Positions 18,784 to 27,120 of a stretch of 30,320 nucleotides of DNA are shown in pieces. The stretch's first letter is position 1; every line of letters begins with the position of its first letter. Below the pieces are notes generated by a model. That model was not told where the DNA came from, searched no databases, and worked only from the letters and a program-made list of their open reading frames with translations. A program made the translations under genes and the position numbers. This stretch comes from a virus (Duplodnaviria > Caudoviricetes): IMG/VR virus record IMGVR_UViG_3300014202_000126, positions 1-30,320 of that record; one strand, written 5' to 3'.

Positions 18784-18851
18784 GTAAAACCTCGTCATCA
18801 ATCGGCGTGAATCCCTCGCGCCACGGGTTCGCCGGCATCACGCCGACTGAA

Positions 18852-19844
18852 TCAACCATGCCTTTCCCGCAGTTGCGCCAACGTCAACGGCCGGCCCGTG
18901 CCCGACGTCAGGTCGCGCAGCGTGATTTTGCCGTCGCGCCACAGGTCGGCCCGGCCAGGCCCTAACACGTCGTCCTGAAACGCCTTGCCCTTGCGCTCCA
19001 GGAATGCCTCAAACGTTGTGCCGCGATCTACGGGACCGTCAACGCTCGCCCGCTGGCCAGTGCCGAGCGTGCTGAATCGCGTCTGCGGCACCAGCGCGCA
19101 GCGGTCGTTGAAATGCAGCGGCGGGTTCACGAACGGCAGCGACGCATTGATCGGCGTGCCGTCAAGTTTCCATGTCATGCCGTCACGCGGCGCGCATTGC
19201 ATACAGGTCTTGGCGTCCAAGGTCGCCAGCCAGCGCAGGCCGGTAATCACGTCTGGGTTCGCGCGAAACGTAGCCATACGCGCGTCGTTCGCAACGGCAG
19301 AAACGCCGGTCTGGACCAACGACGCTGCATTGCGTTGTGAGACCTGTAATTCATCCCGCACGCGCCGGACGATCTGCTGGTTGGTCTGCGCAGCGACAAT
19401 GCCTTGGCGGACCACGGCCGAGAACCGGAACGCGGTATCGGCCGCCTGTTTCTCCCACCACGCTTTCTGCGCCGTGCCCAGGACCATGGAATCGGCCACC
19501 AGCGCGCGCATGACGGCCTCTGACGGCAGCGCCACGGCCACCGATGCCGGGACAACGGTCGACACGGCGGCGCGGCCCGAGGCCGCCGATATTTCGGCTA
19601 CGTCGTCGAGCGTGTCGAATAGCTCGCCCTGCGCCTGTTCGTAATAGGCGTCAATGGATGCCCTGGCGTCCGCCAGCAGCCGCTTTGTCCGCAGCTTGCC
19701 ATAGGCGGTCAGGTCGTCGCCGGCCAACGAGGCCGTCAAGTCCTTTTGGAGTTTCACCAGAATCGCCACGACCTTGCGCCGCGTGCCGGCATCGAACCTC
19801 GCCAGGTCAAGCGTGAACGCCAGGCTATGGTCGGCCGCGTGCAT
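18852..19844 (-). CDS. Minor head protein (SPP1 gp7 / Mu F-like)
   Basis: WLATLD.KTC..C..RDG, PPLHFNDRC, QDDVLG.GRA.L.R.G motifs. Confidence 0.9.
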   Translation of the reverse strand: MHAADHSLAFTLDLARFDAGTRRKVVAILVKLQKDLTASLAGDDLTAYGKLRTKRLLADARASIDAYYEQAQGELFDTLDDVAEISAASGRAAVSTVVPASVAVALPSEAVMRALVADSMVLGTAQKAWWEKQAADTAFRFSAVVRQGIVAAQTNQQIVRRVRDELQVSQRNAASLVQTGVSAVANDARMATFRANPDVITGLRWLATLDAKTCMQCAPRDGMTWKLDGTPINASLPFVNPPLHFNDRCALVPQTRFSTLGTGQRASVDGPVDRGTTFEAFLERKGKAFQDDVLGPGRADLWRDGKITLRDLTSGTGRPLTLAQLRERHG

Positions 19845-21214
19845 TACGGCCCAGCCTGCCCTATCCGCTCCTGCTCTACCTCGAACGTCAGGTCATCGGC
19901 CATGATCTCGCCGGCCTTCAGGTTGTCGAATAGCGTTTCGGCGCTCATGGCCCCGGCCTGCCAGGCGCCGACCAGCGCGGTCAGGTCTTGCGCCGACAGC
20001 CCGGCCGGCAGGAAGTCCCGGTTCAGCTCATACACAACGTCGCCCTGCGCGCCGGCCCACTGCGAGAACCACGCCAGCGCAACGCGGATGCCGTAGCTGA
20101 TCGTCTGCGCAATATCGGCCAGCAGCGCCATTTCGCCCGACTGCCGCCGCGCGATGGTCTCGGCCGCCTCGACGCCGGCCTTCGTCGGCTCCAGCATGCG
20201 CGCGCCCAGCACGGCCATTTCCTGTTTCTTATCTTCCAGGTTCCTGCGCAGCGCCTCGAACTGGCTGGCCACCTCGACGTAATAGGCTTTCGCGTCGGGG
20301 CTGCCCAGCGCATTCGCCGTCGCGCCGCCGATACTGATTACCCTGTCCGAATCCTCAAGGCCGCTGATAAACAGCGTCGGCAGGCCGGAAAAGAAGCACC
20401 CGCGTTCGTAGCTGGTGGCTTGCAGATAGTGGTGGAAGTTGGTCGTCACCAGGTCGATCAGCGGCGGCGCTTCTACGGCCGGCGCCGTCCCCGAGACGCC
20501 GATGAAAACGAATGGGATATATGTGAGCGGCATGCCGTGCATCAGCGGGTAGATGTCTTCGCCGACCTGGACCTCTTCGTCTTTCTCGTTGACGCGGTAC
20601 ACGCGCTGCCGGTATTTGCCCTCGTGCAGGTCCAGCACCCGATACCGCGTCTCGCTGGCGTGCTCGAATTCGTCGGGCGCCTCGATGTCGGCCGTTTCCT
20701 GCAAGCGGACCATTGCCAGCACGGGGCGACCGTTGCTGCGCGTCTCGCGCCAGTTGTAGATCGACTCGGCGGTGTACCGGGAAATCATCGGCCGCATGTT
20801 GAGCGCCTGCGCGTCGGCCAGCGTCAGGCCGGGCGGCGCGGACGGGTAGTCCACCAGCAGCCCGGCGCGGCCGACCGTCAAGATGTCCTCGACGACCGTT
20901 TGCGACAGGTTCAGCAGCGACGTACCGGCCATGTCAATGTCGCCGGCCAGTTCTTCCACTGCCGGCGGCAGGTCCGTCGTTGGCGGCTTGCGGAACAGCA
21001 TCCCCCGCATACCGGAGATGGTGCGGTACGTCGCGCCGAAGAACGGCGTCATGCGCAGGCGCAGCTTATAGGCGTCCTGGGTCTCGCCGTTGAGCCTCGG
21101 CAGGTATTTCACGCCGGCCTGATGCACGGCGTGTTCGCCCTCTTCGGCGTCGCGGCACATGGCCCACCGCTCGGCCATATCGGCATAGTCCGCGTGCCTC
21201 GACCGAACGCTCAC
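19844..21214 (-). CDS. Portal protein (DUF4055 family)
   Basis: YLP......Y..RL, GRAGLLVDYP, IPFVFIG, PPLIDL...N..HY, MAVLGARML motifs. Confidence 0.9.
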   Translation of the reverse strand: MSVRSRHADYADMAERWAMCRDAEEGEHAVHQAGVKYLPRLNGETQDAYKLRLRMTPFFGATYRTISGMRGMLFRKPPTTDLPPAVEELAGDIDMAGTSLLNLSQTVVEDILTVGRAGLLVDYPSAPPGLTLADAQALNMRPMISRYTAESIYNWRETRSNGRPVLAMVRLQETADIEAPDEFEHASETRYRVLDLHEGKYRQRVYRVNEKDEEVQVGEDIYPLMHGMPLTYIPFVFIGVSGTAPAVEAPPLIDLVTTNFHHYLQATSYERGCFFSGLPTLFISGLEDSDRVISIGGATANALGSPDAKAYYVEVASQFEALRRNLEDKKQEMAVLGARMLEPTKAGVEAAETIARRQSGEMALLADIAQTISYGIRVALAWFSQWAGAQGDVVYELNRDFLPAGLSAQDLTALVGAWQAGAMSAETLFDNLKAGEIMADDLTFEVEQERIGQAGP

Positions 21215-23616
21215 AGGCCGCCCATTACGTCGATCTGCCGCGTTTCGCGGCCCGGCACCGGAAATTCATAGCTGATCATGTATCTCACCGCCGTTCCGAT
21301 GTGTTGGTATTCGCCGTCTTCTTCCAGGAATGTACTGCCCTTCTTGAGCTGTCCGGTCAGCAGCGCTTTGTGAGTGTACGGCGCCGTGTTCGGGTGCACG
21401 AACAGCGACCGTTCGCCAGCCGCGTTTTGTATCTTGGCCCGCACCGCATTCTGCCCGTCTTTGATCGAAACCGTTGATGGCCTCACCTTGCGGGTGTAGG
21501 TCCATCCCGCGGACCTTAGCACCTGCTCGATCTCCGAATAGTCGCTGTTCTGGCTGTGCTTCTCGCCGGCCCTGCCCGATGGATCACCGTAAACAACGAC
21601 GTGCCGGTTCTTGTGGTCCTTGTACCGCTCCACGAATTCTTGCGCCGACTGGCGGGCAACTGCCGACGTCAGCACGATCTCTTCGAGGAAATACACCGAG
21701 TCACCACGCCGGACCGCGACCGCCGAACTCAGCGGCGTGAAGTTGAAGTCATGCGTCCACAATAGCTGTTCATGCGGTTCGATCCTCGCGTCGGTGGTGT
21801 TGGCTGGGCCGTAGTCGTCGTATATCCGGCCGCTCGAAGTCTCGAAGCTGGCCTCGTATTCCTGCCGGTACTGCCGGGCGCTCATGCGCCGCTTGGCGGC
21901 CTCGATCACGTCGGCCGGCAGTATGTCGGCGCTGTGCCAGGTGTAGAGCTTCCAGTCGGGATCGTTACCGGTGCGCGCGTACTCGGCCAAATCGGCATAG
22001 TGGTTCATGCCGTCTGGAACGCCGATCAGCCAACACCAAGCACGGTAATCAGGATTCAACGGGTTGACCGTATCCAGCGCTGGGCTGATGTTCTGCGGCC
22101 ACGCCTCCGGCTTGGTGTCGGCAATCTCGTCCACCACGCCCCCCGCCCAGAATGAGCCTTCCATGCGCTGCGGCTGGTCAAGACCGATCAGCGACAGGCT
22201 GGACCCGTTCGGGTAGCGGATAATCAGGTCCGTTTCGCTGGGCCTGTCCGGCATGACCGAACAGAATGACAGCCGCTTAACGTCAGCCCAGTAGATGCGC
22301 TTCACCTGATCCCGAGTAGGCGCCGCGATGAAGTACGGGCCCGGCTCCTTCATGCACTCGCGCACCACGAACCGCTTGGCCCGTTCCGTTTTGCCAGAAT
22401 TAGACGTTACGACGCCGCCTTGATGCAGGCAATATAGGTTTGTGTCATTGCCGACAGTAATGTCGAACGTCATCGCCACGCGCGGCGTGCCTTGCTTGAA
22501 TCCTATGCGGTCAGCGCGGATGTTACGCATCGCCAATCTTGACGTGTCTACCTTTTCGCCCTTGACAGCCAGCCTGTCACCGATGGCCGTCAGAATATTG
22601 TAGACCTGGACATTGCTTGTTGTCTTCGCGCTGTAGACGGGGCCGTTTACATACTTGTCGCGCGCGTCTATGCCAACGGACAGCCGATCCTGGAAGAACT
22701 TGAAAATTATGTTGTCGCAACACTCCACCACGCTCTTTGCCTGCATGGCGATGTTTAGCACCGCCTCAGTGCCGCGACTGTCCTTGTAATATATCGACCC
22801 GTCTGTGTCGACAACCCCAGCCAAGAACTCTAGCGCGCTGTCACGGTCCCAGGTGCCAATCTCGTCCCATAGCGCGACCTTCTCGTGCGCGTACCGCCCG
22901 GCGCACCATTCGCGGTAAAACGGCACGGCGTCCAGCGCGCCTCGGCCAACGTCCAGCGCCCAGTTATAGTTGCTGGTATGGGTACGCCTAAACCCAGATC
23001 CAAGCATCCCCGCCATCTTTGCCGGGATTCGTTCATCGCCAGACGAAATATGCAGCGTCCGTTGCAACTCGCCCGTGGTGGATTTGTTGTTGCGCGATGC
23101 GCCATCGCCAAGCAAGGCGCCAAGCACATACGCCAACGGCATGTTTTTCCGGCCGCCGACAATCAAATCCCCTGCATAGGTGCGGCGGACCCTATAGCGC
23201 GCGTTCAGCTCGGATACCGCTAACCTCTCGTATGGCTTGCCAAGGTGCGGGCGGCGCTTGTCGAGCGCGTTCTCATGGCACGCCAGCAGCCGATGTCCGG
23301 CCGTCGCCGCAAGATATTCGCGGCCTCCGGACCGCAGAGGGATGACTACCTGCTCGCCGTTGTCGTGTACCTCAGCGACGCGCGTAACGTGTGCGCCATC
23401 AGCTCCAAAGCCGATCACGTCGTCGCCGATGCGCACGCTCTCGATAGGCTTCGGCCCTGTCGGCGTGGCCACCAGCGTTCCTATTTCTAGGCAGCGCCTG
23501 CCAGCAGGCACGACCTTGAACCGCACCACGTCGCTTACAAGCGCGTCCTGTACCGGGTGCGACTTGAGAGGGTACCAACGGGCTAGGTCGGCCGCATATG
23601 GGTCAATTTTGGCCAT
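21211..23616 (-). CDS. terL: Terminase large subunit containing an intein
   Basis: Walker A AGRR|SGKT split by the intein; APTRDQ; Walker B VVDE; QEYEASF; nuclease DFN and GDPSG motifs. Confidence 0.95.
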   Translation of the reverse strand: MAKIDPYAADLARWYPLKSHPVQDALVSDVVRFKVVPAGRRCLEIGTLVATPTGPKPIESVRIGDDVIGFGADGAHVTRVAEVHDNGEQVVIPLRSGGREYLAATAGHRLLACHENALDKRRPHLGKPYERLAVSELNARYRVRRTYAGDLIVGGRKNMPLAYVLGALLGDGASRNNKSTTGELQRTLHISSGDERIPAKMAGMLGSGFRRTHTSNYNWALDVGRGALDAVPFYREWCAGRYAHEKVALWDEIGTWDRDSALEFLAGVVDTDGSIYYKDSRGTEAVLNIAMQAKSVVECCDNIIFKFFQDRLSVGIDARDKYVNGPVYSAKTTSNVQVYNILTAIGDRLAVKGEKVDTSRLAMRNIRADRIGFKQGTPRVAMTFDITVGNDTNLYCLHQGGVVTSNSGKTERAKRFVVRECMKEPGPYFIAAPTRDQVKRIYWADVKRLSFCSVMPDRPSETDLIIRYPNGSSLSLIGLDQPQRMEGSFWAGGVVDEIADTKPEAWPQNISPALDTVNPLNPDYRAWCWLIGVPDGMNHYADLAEYARTGNDPDWKLYTWHSADILPADVIEAAKRRMSARQYRQEYEASFETSSGRIYDDYGPANTTDARIEPHEQLLWTHDFNFTPLSSAVAVRRGDSVYFLEEIVLTSAVARQSAQEFVERYKDHKNRHVVVYGDPSGRAGEKHSQNSDYSEIEQVLRSAGWTYTRKVRPSTVSIKDGQNAVRAKIQNAAGERSLFVHPNTAPYTHKALLTGQLKKGSTFLEEDGEYQHIGTAVRYMISYEFPVPGRETRQIDVMGGL
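22399..23493 (-). mobile_element. Intein (365 aa) with LAGLIDADG homing endonuclease
   Basis: Starts CLEIGTLV; block B ATAGH; LAGLIDADG motifs YVLGALLGDG and FLAGVVDTDG; block F TFDITV; ends VVTSN followed by Ser. Confidence 0.95.
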
Positions 23617-23686
23617 TTATGGACTCAATTCCCCACTTTGGCCGATACGGCACAGCGGGCGACCAAGACTTTCTCCCACTTCGGCA

Positions 23687-24034
23687 TCAAACCGGGAGCT
23701 TTTTTGCAATTTCACGCAGGCTGTCAGCGATAGTTGCGGACTCCGGCGACTCGGCGCGCTCCTCACGCCACCGCGCGCGTGTCTTCAACCAGAAGATCAT
23801 GGCCGTTACATCCCCAGACATCGCCTTGCCGTACAGCGCGCCGGCAATAGCCGCACAGCATTTCGCCATGCTTTCGTCCAGCTCCGGCCTGTAGTGCTTG
23901 GCAAGCGTATCGGCCGTAATGCCTATGATACTGGCGATCACGTCACGCGGTGTGCCAACAACAGCGTGTGCCTTGACGATCTCGCGCGTCTCCTCTGTTG
24001 GCGCGTGTGCTGGCCTGCCTCGCTGTTTTGACAT
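23687..24034 (-). CDS. terS: Terminase small subunit
   Basis: GRPAH.PT, HTH IASIIGIT..TL.KHY..EL, LY.KA..GDVTAMIFWLKTR..WRE; directly upstream of terL. Confidence 0.85.
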   Translation of the reverse strand: MSKQRGRPAHAPTEETREIVKAHAVVGTPRDVIASIIGITADTLAKHYRPELDESMAKCCAAIAGALYGKAMSGDVTAMIFWLKTRARWREERAESPESATIADSLREIAKKLPV

Positions 24035-24157
24035 TTTGATAAATCCTAAAAATCCTTGGTTGCACACGCATTAGCGGCGCCTTGGCGTGTCGCCATCATA
24101 TGTTAGTTCGTTAGTGCATGGCGCATAACCTATAGCCACATATCATAACGAAGCCCA

Positions 24158-24224
24158 TTTACTCACCTAATAATATGTGGATAATAGGCATCGACGCTAC
24201 CGGATGGGCCGGATCGACAAGGAG
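24158..24224 (+). promoter_or_regulatory. Sigma70-like promoter with leader hairpin and RBS (cassette 1)
   Basis: TTTACT-N16-GATAAT, CCGG-ATGGG-CCGG, AGGAG. Confidence 0.55.
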
Positions 24225-24231
24225 CAAGGAC

Positions 24232-24378
24232 ATGAACAAGCTACACCATGCAAGCGGTAACAACTTCCACGGGCAGTGGAGCATCACCCTGCGCGGGCCG
24301 GCAGAAGGGTTTGCGCTCTCGCCCGGCCAAATGCGCGAGGGCAGTGACTACAGCTCTATGTGGCTGCTGCCGGCCTGA
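24232..24378 (+). CDS. Small hypothetical protein (48 aa, possibly truncated)
   Basis: Strong RBS (AAGGAGCAAGGAC-ATG); MNKLHHASGNNFHGQWSITLRG... Confidence 0.55.
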   Translation: MNKLHHASGNNFHGQWSITLRGPAEGFALSPGQMREGSDYSSMWLLPA

Positions 24379-24430
24379 ATGCCACTAAGGCGCCGGCATC
24401 CCGTCGGCGCCCCTCGGAGGAAACGCCACC

Positions 24431-24664
24431 ATGAGCGACAACCGACCGTCCTACCATGAGGTGCGTGAAGTGATCAGCGCCCATGCGGCAGACCTGATGC
24501 CACTCTTTGCCGATGGCTGGGAGAGGTTCCCGCAGGGCCAAGCCGCAGCCACTTTGATTGAGGCACTGCGCCGAAACGCGGCATGGTGGGAGGGGCGGAA
24601 AAAGGAAGCAGTAGCGGACCGCATTACGGCAGCCGCCAATGAGATTCAGCGCAGGGCCGGTTAG
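24431..24664 (+). CDS. Hypothetical protein (77 aa)
   Basis: GGAGG RBS, preceded by a hairpin at 24389-24411. Confidence 0.7.
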   Translation: MSDNRPSYHEVREVISAHAADLMPLFADGWERFPQGQAAATLIEALRRNAAWWEGRKKEAVADRITAAANEIQRRAG

Positions 24665-24713
24665 CTAACACCACGGCGCCGGTATGCCGACTGCGTCCAG
24701 ATAGGAGACAGCA

Positions 24714-25025
24714 ATGACCGACACGACACTCCCCAGCCCGGAGGCCATGCGCGAGTTCCTGCGCGCCCACTATCGCCCTGACCGCTTTGAGGTCGACGGC
24801 TGCCAGGTGTGGGGCGCCGAATTCTCGCGCCGCAGGGTATACAGGCACATCGAAGCGCTGCGCACAATCGGGCACAGCGTAATCAGCCGGGGAGAATCCG
24901 CGTCCGGCCGCCCAATCTGGTTCGGGCGTCGCCTTGAGGCGGTCAACGGCGACGACTTCGACAGTTACGCCGCGCTCATGGCGCGACTGATGGATACTAC
25001 GGACACAACCGGAGCAACAAAATGA
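24714..25025 (+). CDS. Hypothetical protein (103 aa)
   Basis: AGGAG RBS; plausible composition. Confidence 0.7.
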   Translation: MTDTTLPSPEAMREFLRAHYRPDRFEVDGCQVWGAEFSRRRVYRHIEALRTIGHSVISRGESASGRPIWFGRRLEAVNGDDFDSYAALMARLMDTTDTTGATK

Positions 25026-25192
25026 TAGCAAAAATGATATACACCATCCGCCAGTGGCGCATCAACAGACTGGAGCGCGTCGTCGCCAAGCTCAAGCGCC
25101 GGAACCGCGCGAACTGGAACCGGCGCAAGGCCCGGCTGGGCGTCATGGCTACGCGGGTCCGGCCGCCTGTGCCTGGGTTCCTGCGCAAATGA
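25022..25192 (+). CDS. Arg/Lys-rich small protein (56 aa)
   Basis: ATGA coupling at both ends; GGAG upstream; MIAKMIYTIRQWRINRLERVVAKLKRRNRANWNRRKARLG... Confidence 0.6.
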   Translation: MIAKMIYTIRQWRINRLERVVAKLKRRNRANWNRRKARLGVMATRVRPPVPGFLRK

Positions 25193-25359
25193 CCGCCGCC
25201 CTGATCCTGCTGGCCGTACTCGTCGTGGTGATGCTGACCGACCGCGTGATGGACCAAATCGCTGCCGCCGAAGCACAGCGCAACCTGTCCGAACTGCTGG
25301 CGCTGCTGGGCGACAAAACGGACGATGACCGGGACATCGCCGACAACCTAGATATTTAG
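25189..25359 (+). CDS. Small membrane-anchored protein with acidic tail (56 aa)
   Basis: MTAALILLAVLVVVML...DDDRDIADNLDI; ATGA overlap with the previous gene. Confidence 0.6.
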   Translation: MTAALILLAVLVVVMLTDRVMDQIAAAEAQRNLSELLALLGDKTDDDRDIADNLDI

Positions 25360-25416
25360 CGGCTACTTCTGAATAAGTACCGCCTGAAAATATCTGCAAA
25401 TGTCATAACATGGCCA

Positions 25417-25484
25417 TTGACTAGCAAAATTTTACTAGTAGAATGTACTTCGAAGCCGCCGGATTGGCCGGCGGCAGACAGGAG
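25417..25484 (+). promoter_or_regulatory. Sigma70-like promoter with palindromic operator, leader hairpin and RBS (cassette 2)
   Basis: TTGACT-N16-TAGAAT; ACTAGcAAAATTTTaCTAGT palindrome; GCCGCCGG-ATTGG-CCGGCGGC; AGGAG. Confidence 0.7.
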
Positions 25485-25491
25485 ATAGACC

Positions 25492-25740
25492 ATGACCGAA
25501 ACCAAATACCTCGTAATGGCGACGGCCGGAGCAGAGGACGACATCATCTGCTACCCGCAGGTAGCCTGCAGCGGCCTCGACGCCGCCCGCGAAGCCTGCA
25601 ACAGCGAACTTCGCGCCGGGAGAAACGCTTACATCGTCGATGGCCAAGGGCGCTGCCAAGATGCTAGCGGCTGCTGCGCGAACCCGCGCTGGCCGTTCCC
25701 GAAATACATGCGGGAGCGCATCGCGGCACTTTGCACATAA
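25492..25740 (+). CDS. Hypothetical Cys-rich protein (82 aa)
   Basis: AGGAG RBS downstream of the cassette 2 promoter. Confidence 0.7.
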   Translation: MTETKYLVMATAGAEDDIICYPQVACSGLDAAREACNSELRAGRNAYIVDGQGRCQDASGCCANPRWPFPKYMRERIAALCT

Positions 25741-25770
25741 ACAACTGCGGCGCCGCAACCGGAGATCGCC

Positions 25771-25914
25771 ATGATTACCCTTTTCACAGCCTACGCAACC
25801 GTCGTCGGATTTGGAAGCTACCTCGCGCTGCGGCTGGTGAACATGCCGATGCTGGTTTCCGTCTCCGGTGGCTGCGCAGCTACCGTGGCCGTTGCCGCGT
25901 TTCTGGCGGTATAG
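25771..25914 (+). CDS. Small hydrophobic membrane peptide (47 aa)
   Basis: GGAG RBS; MITLFTAYATVVGFGSYLALRLVNMPMLVSVSGGCAATVAVAAFLAV; its stop abuts the convergent gene's stop. Confidence 0.6.
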   Translation: MITLFTAYATVVGFGSYLALRLVNMPMLVSVSGGCAATVAVAAFLAV

Positions 25915-26154
25915 CTAGCGTCGCCTCTCTGCCGACAGCACCACCGACACACCACACAACAGCACAGGCATAAGCCACTGCGGCGGCGACTGGTACAGCG
26001 GCACCAGCGCAGCGCATATCGCCGACGCGCCTATCAGGACGACGCCAAAGCGAACGCGATGGCATGTTCGGCGATCCATGCGTCTGGCTTTGTTGATGGC
26101 CCAGAACACCAGATACATGCCCGACAGGGCGGTGATGGCGTTCATTTCTTCCAT
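25915..26154 (-). CDS. Membrane protein (holin/antiholin-like)
   Basis: Three hydrophobic segments and a basic ERRR C-terminus; last gene of the lysis cassette. Confidence 0.65.
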   Translation of the reverse strand: MEEMNAITALSGMYLVFWAINKARRMDRRTCHRVRFGVVLIGASAICAALVPLYQSPPQWLMPVLLCGVSVVLSAERRR

Positions 26155-26507
26155 CGGCCCACTTGCTCAATCAGCACCGGCACAGCCCATTGCAGCGTGC
26201 CACCAACCAGGAACGCGGCGCCTCCCATCGCGGCCGGCGTCAGGTGCAGCCACTCTGCCGCAAACGCGGCCATGTATGCGCCGGCCAGGGTGCCTGACGC
26301 CACGATAGCCAGCGTGCGGGGCGCAGTGGATGCCGGCATGAACGTCAGGCTAACCATGGCGCCGCTGAATGCGGCAAAAACCACGGCCAGCGGCACGCCG
26401 AATATCAGCATCGCCCATGACGATGCGGCGCCGGCAGCGGCCCCAGACACGGCGCCAGCGGATGCTGATCCGATGCGCAGCAGGTGATCGGCGGCGTCAG
26501 GGTTCAT
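26142..26507 (-). CDS. Putative holin
   Basis: Multiple TM segments (FGVPLAVVFAAFSGA..SL); basic C-terminus; ATGA-coupled to the o-spanin. Confidence 0.65.
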   Translation of the reverse strand: MNPDAADHLLRIGSASAGAVSGAAAGAASSWAMLIFGVPLAVVFAAFSGAMVSLTFMPASTAPRTLAIVASGTLAGAYMAAFAAEWLHLTPAAMGGAAFLVGGTLQWAVPVLIEQVGRWKK

Positions 26508-26785
26508 TCTGACGCCCAGGCGTGCCAAGCGGCGATGCGGGCCACGTATTCGTTGATAAGCGCAGTCAACGCGGCCTCCCCATCAGCGGTTAGGGCCGAC
26601 GATGCGCTGGCGTCTGTCGGCGGGATGAATGTCAGGCCCGGCGGAATTGTCACGGGCGCCATAAGTTCGGCAGGCGGAATCGATCGCACAGCCACCGGCA
26701 CCTCGATGCGCTGGTACTCTGTTCGCACGATCGGTTGTGTCGCGCACCCGGACAGCAGCGCCAGAACGGGAATCAGGCGCCTCAC
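26504..26785 (-). CDS. o-spanin (Rz1-like lipoprotein)
   Basis: Signal peptide with lipobox LLSG|C; Pro-rich. Confidence 0.75.
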   Translation of the reverse strand: MRRLIPVLALLSGCATQPIVRTEYQRIEVPVAVRSIPPAELMAPVTIPPGLTFIPPTDASASSALTADGEAALTALINEYVARIAAWHAWASE

Positions 26786-27120
26786 GGCAACGCGCCAAGC
26801 CAGGCGTTCATCGCGTCAGGCCCGTGCCCGGCCAGCGGATTGCGCGGGCGTTTCATGGCTTCCTTCGCCGCCTTCGCGGCGGCCTCATTGGCGGCTTCGG
26901 ACTCTACACGGTACCGCTGCACTTCCTCGTTTGACCTGTTTATCATGCCGCGGCAGGCGGTCACCTCGCCCTGCATCATGGCAACCTTGGCGTTGGCCTC
27001 AGATAGCTGCGCAGTCACGGCCTTGTTGGTTTGGCGAAGCATGACGTTGCTGAACACCGCAACGCCAAGCGCCAGCAGCAGGCCACCGCCGACCATGGCG
27101 GCCGTGCGCCATGCGGTCAC
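26782..27120 (-). CDS. i-spanin (Rz-like)
   Basis: N-terminal TM segment followed by a coiled coil; GTG start coupled to the upstream stop; precedes the lipoprotein. Confidence 0.7.
   Translation of the reverse strand: MTAWRTAAMVGGGLLLALGVAVFSNVMLRQTNKAVTAQLSEANAKVAMMQGEVTACRGMINRSNEEVQRYRVESEAANEAAAKAAKEAMKRPRNPLAGHGPDAMNAWLGALP

Noticed and set aside
24035-24157. tRNA, or pac/cos site upstream of terS
   Set aside because: No cloverleaf. Short repeats (CATAAC twice, CCACATAT/ATATGTGG) are present but are not enough to assign a function.
24389-24411. ATCCC-loop hairpin as another member of the minus-strand GGGAU family
   Set aside because: Its G-U pair favours the plus-strand RNA and it precedes a plus-strand RBS, so the loop match is probably coincidental.
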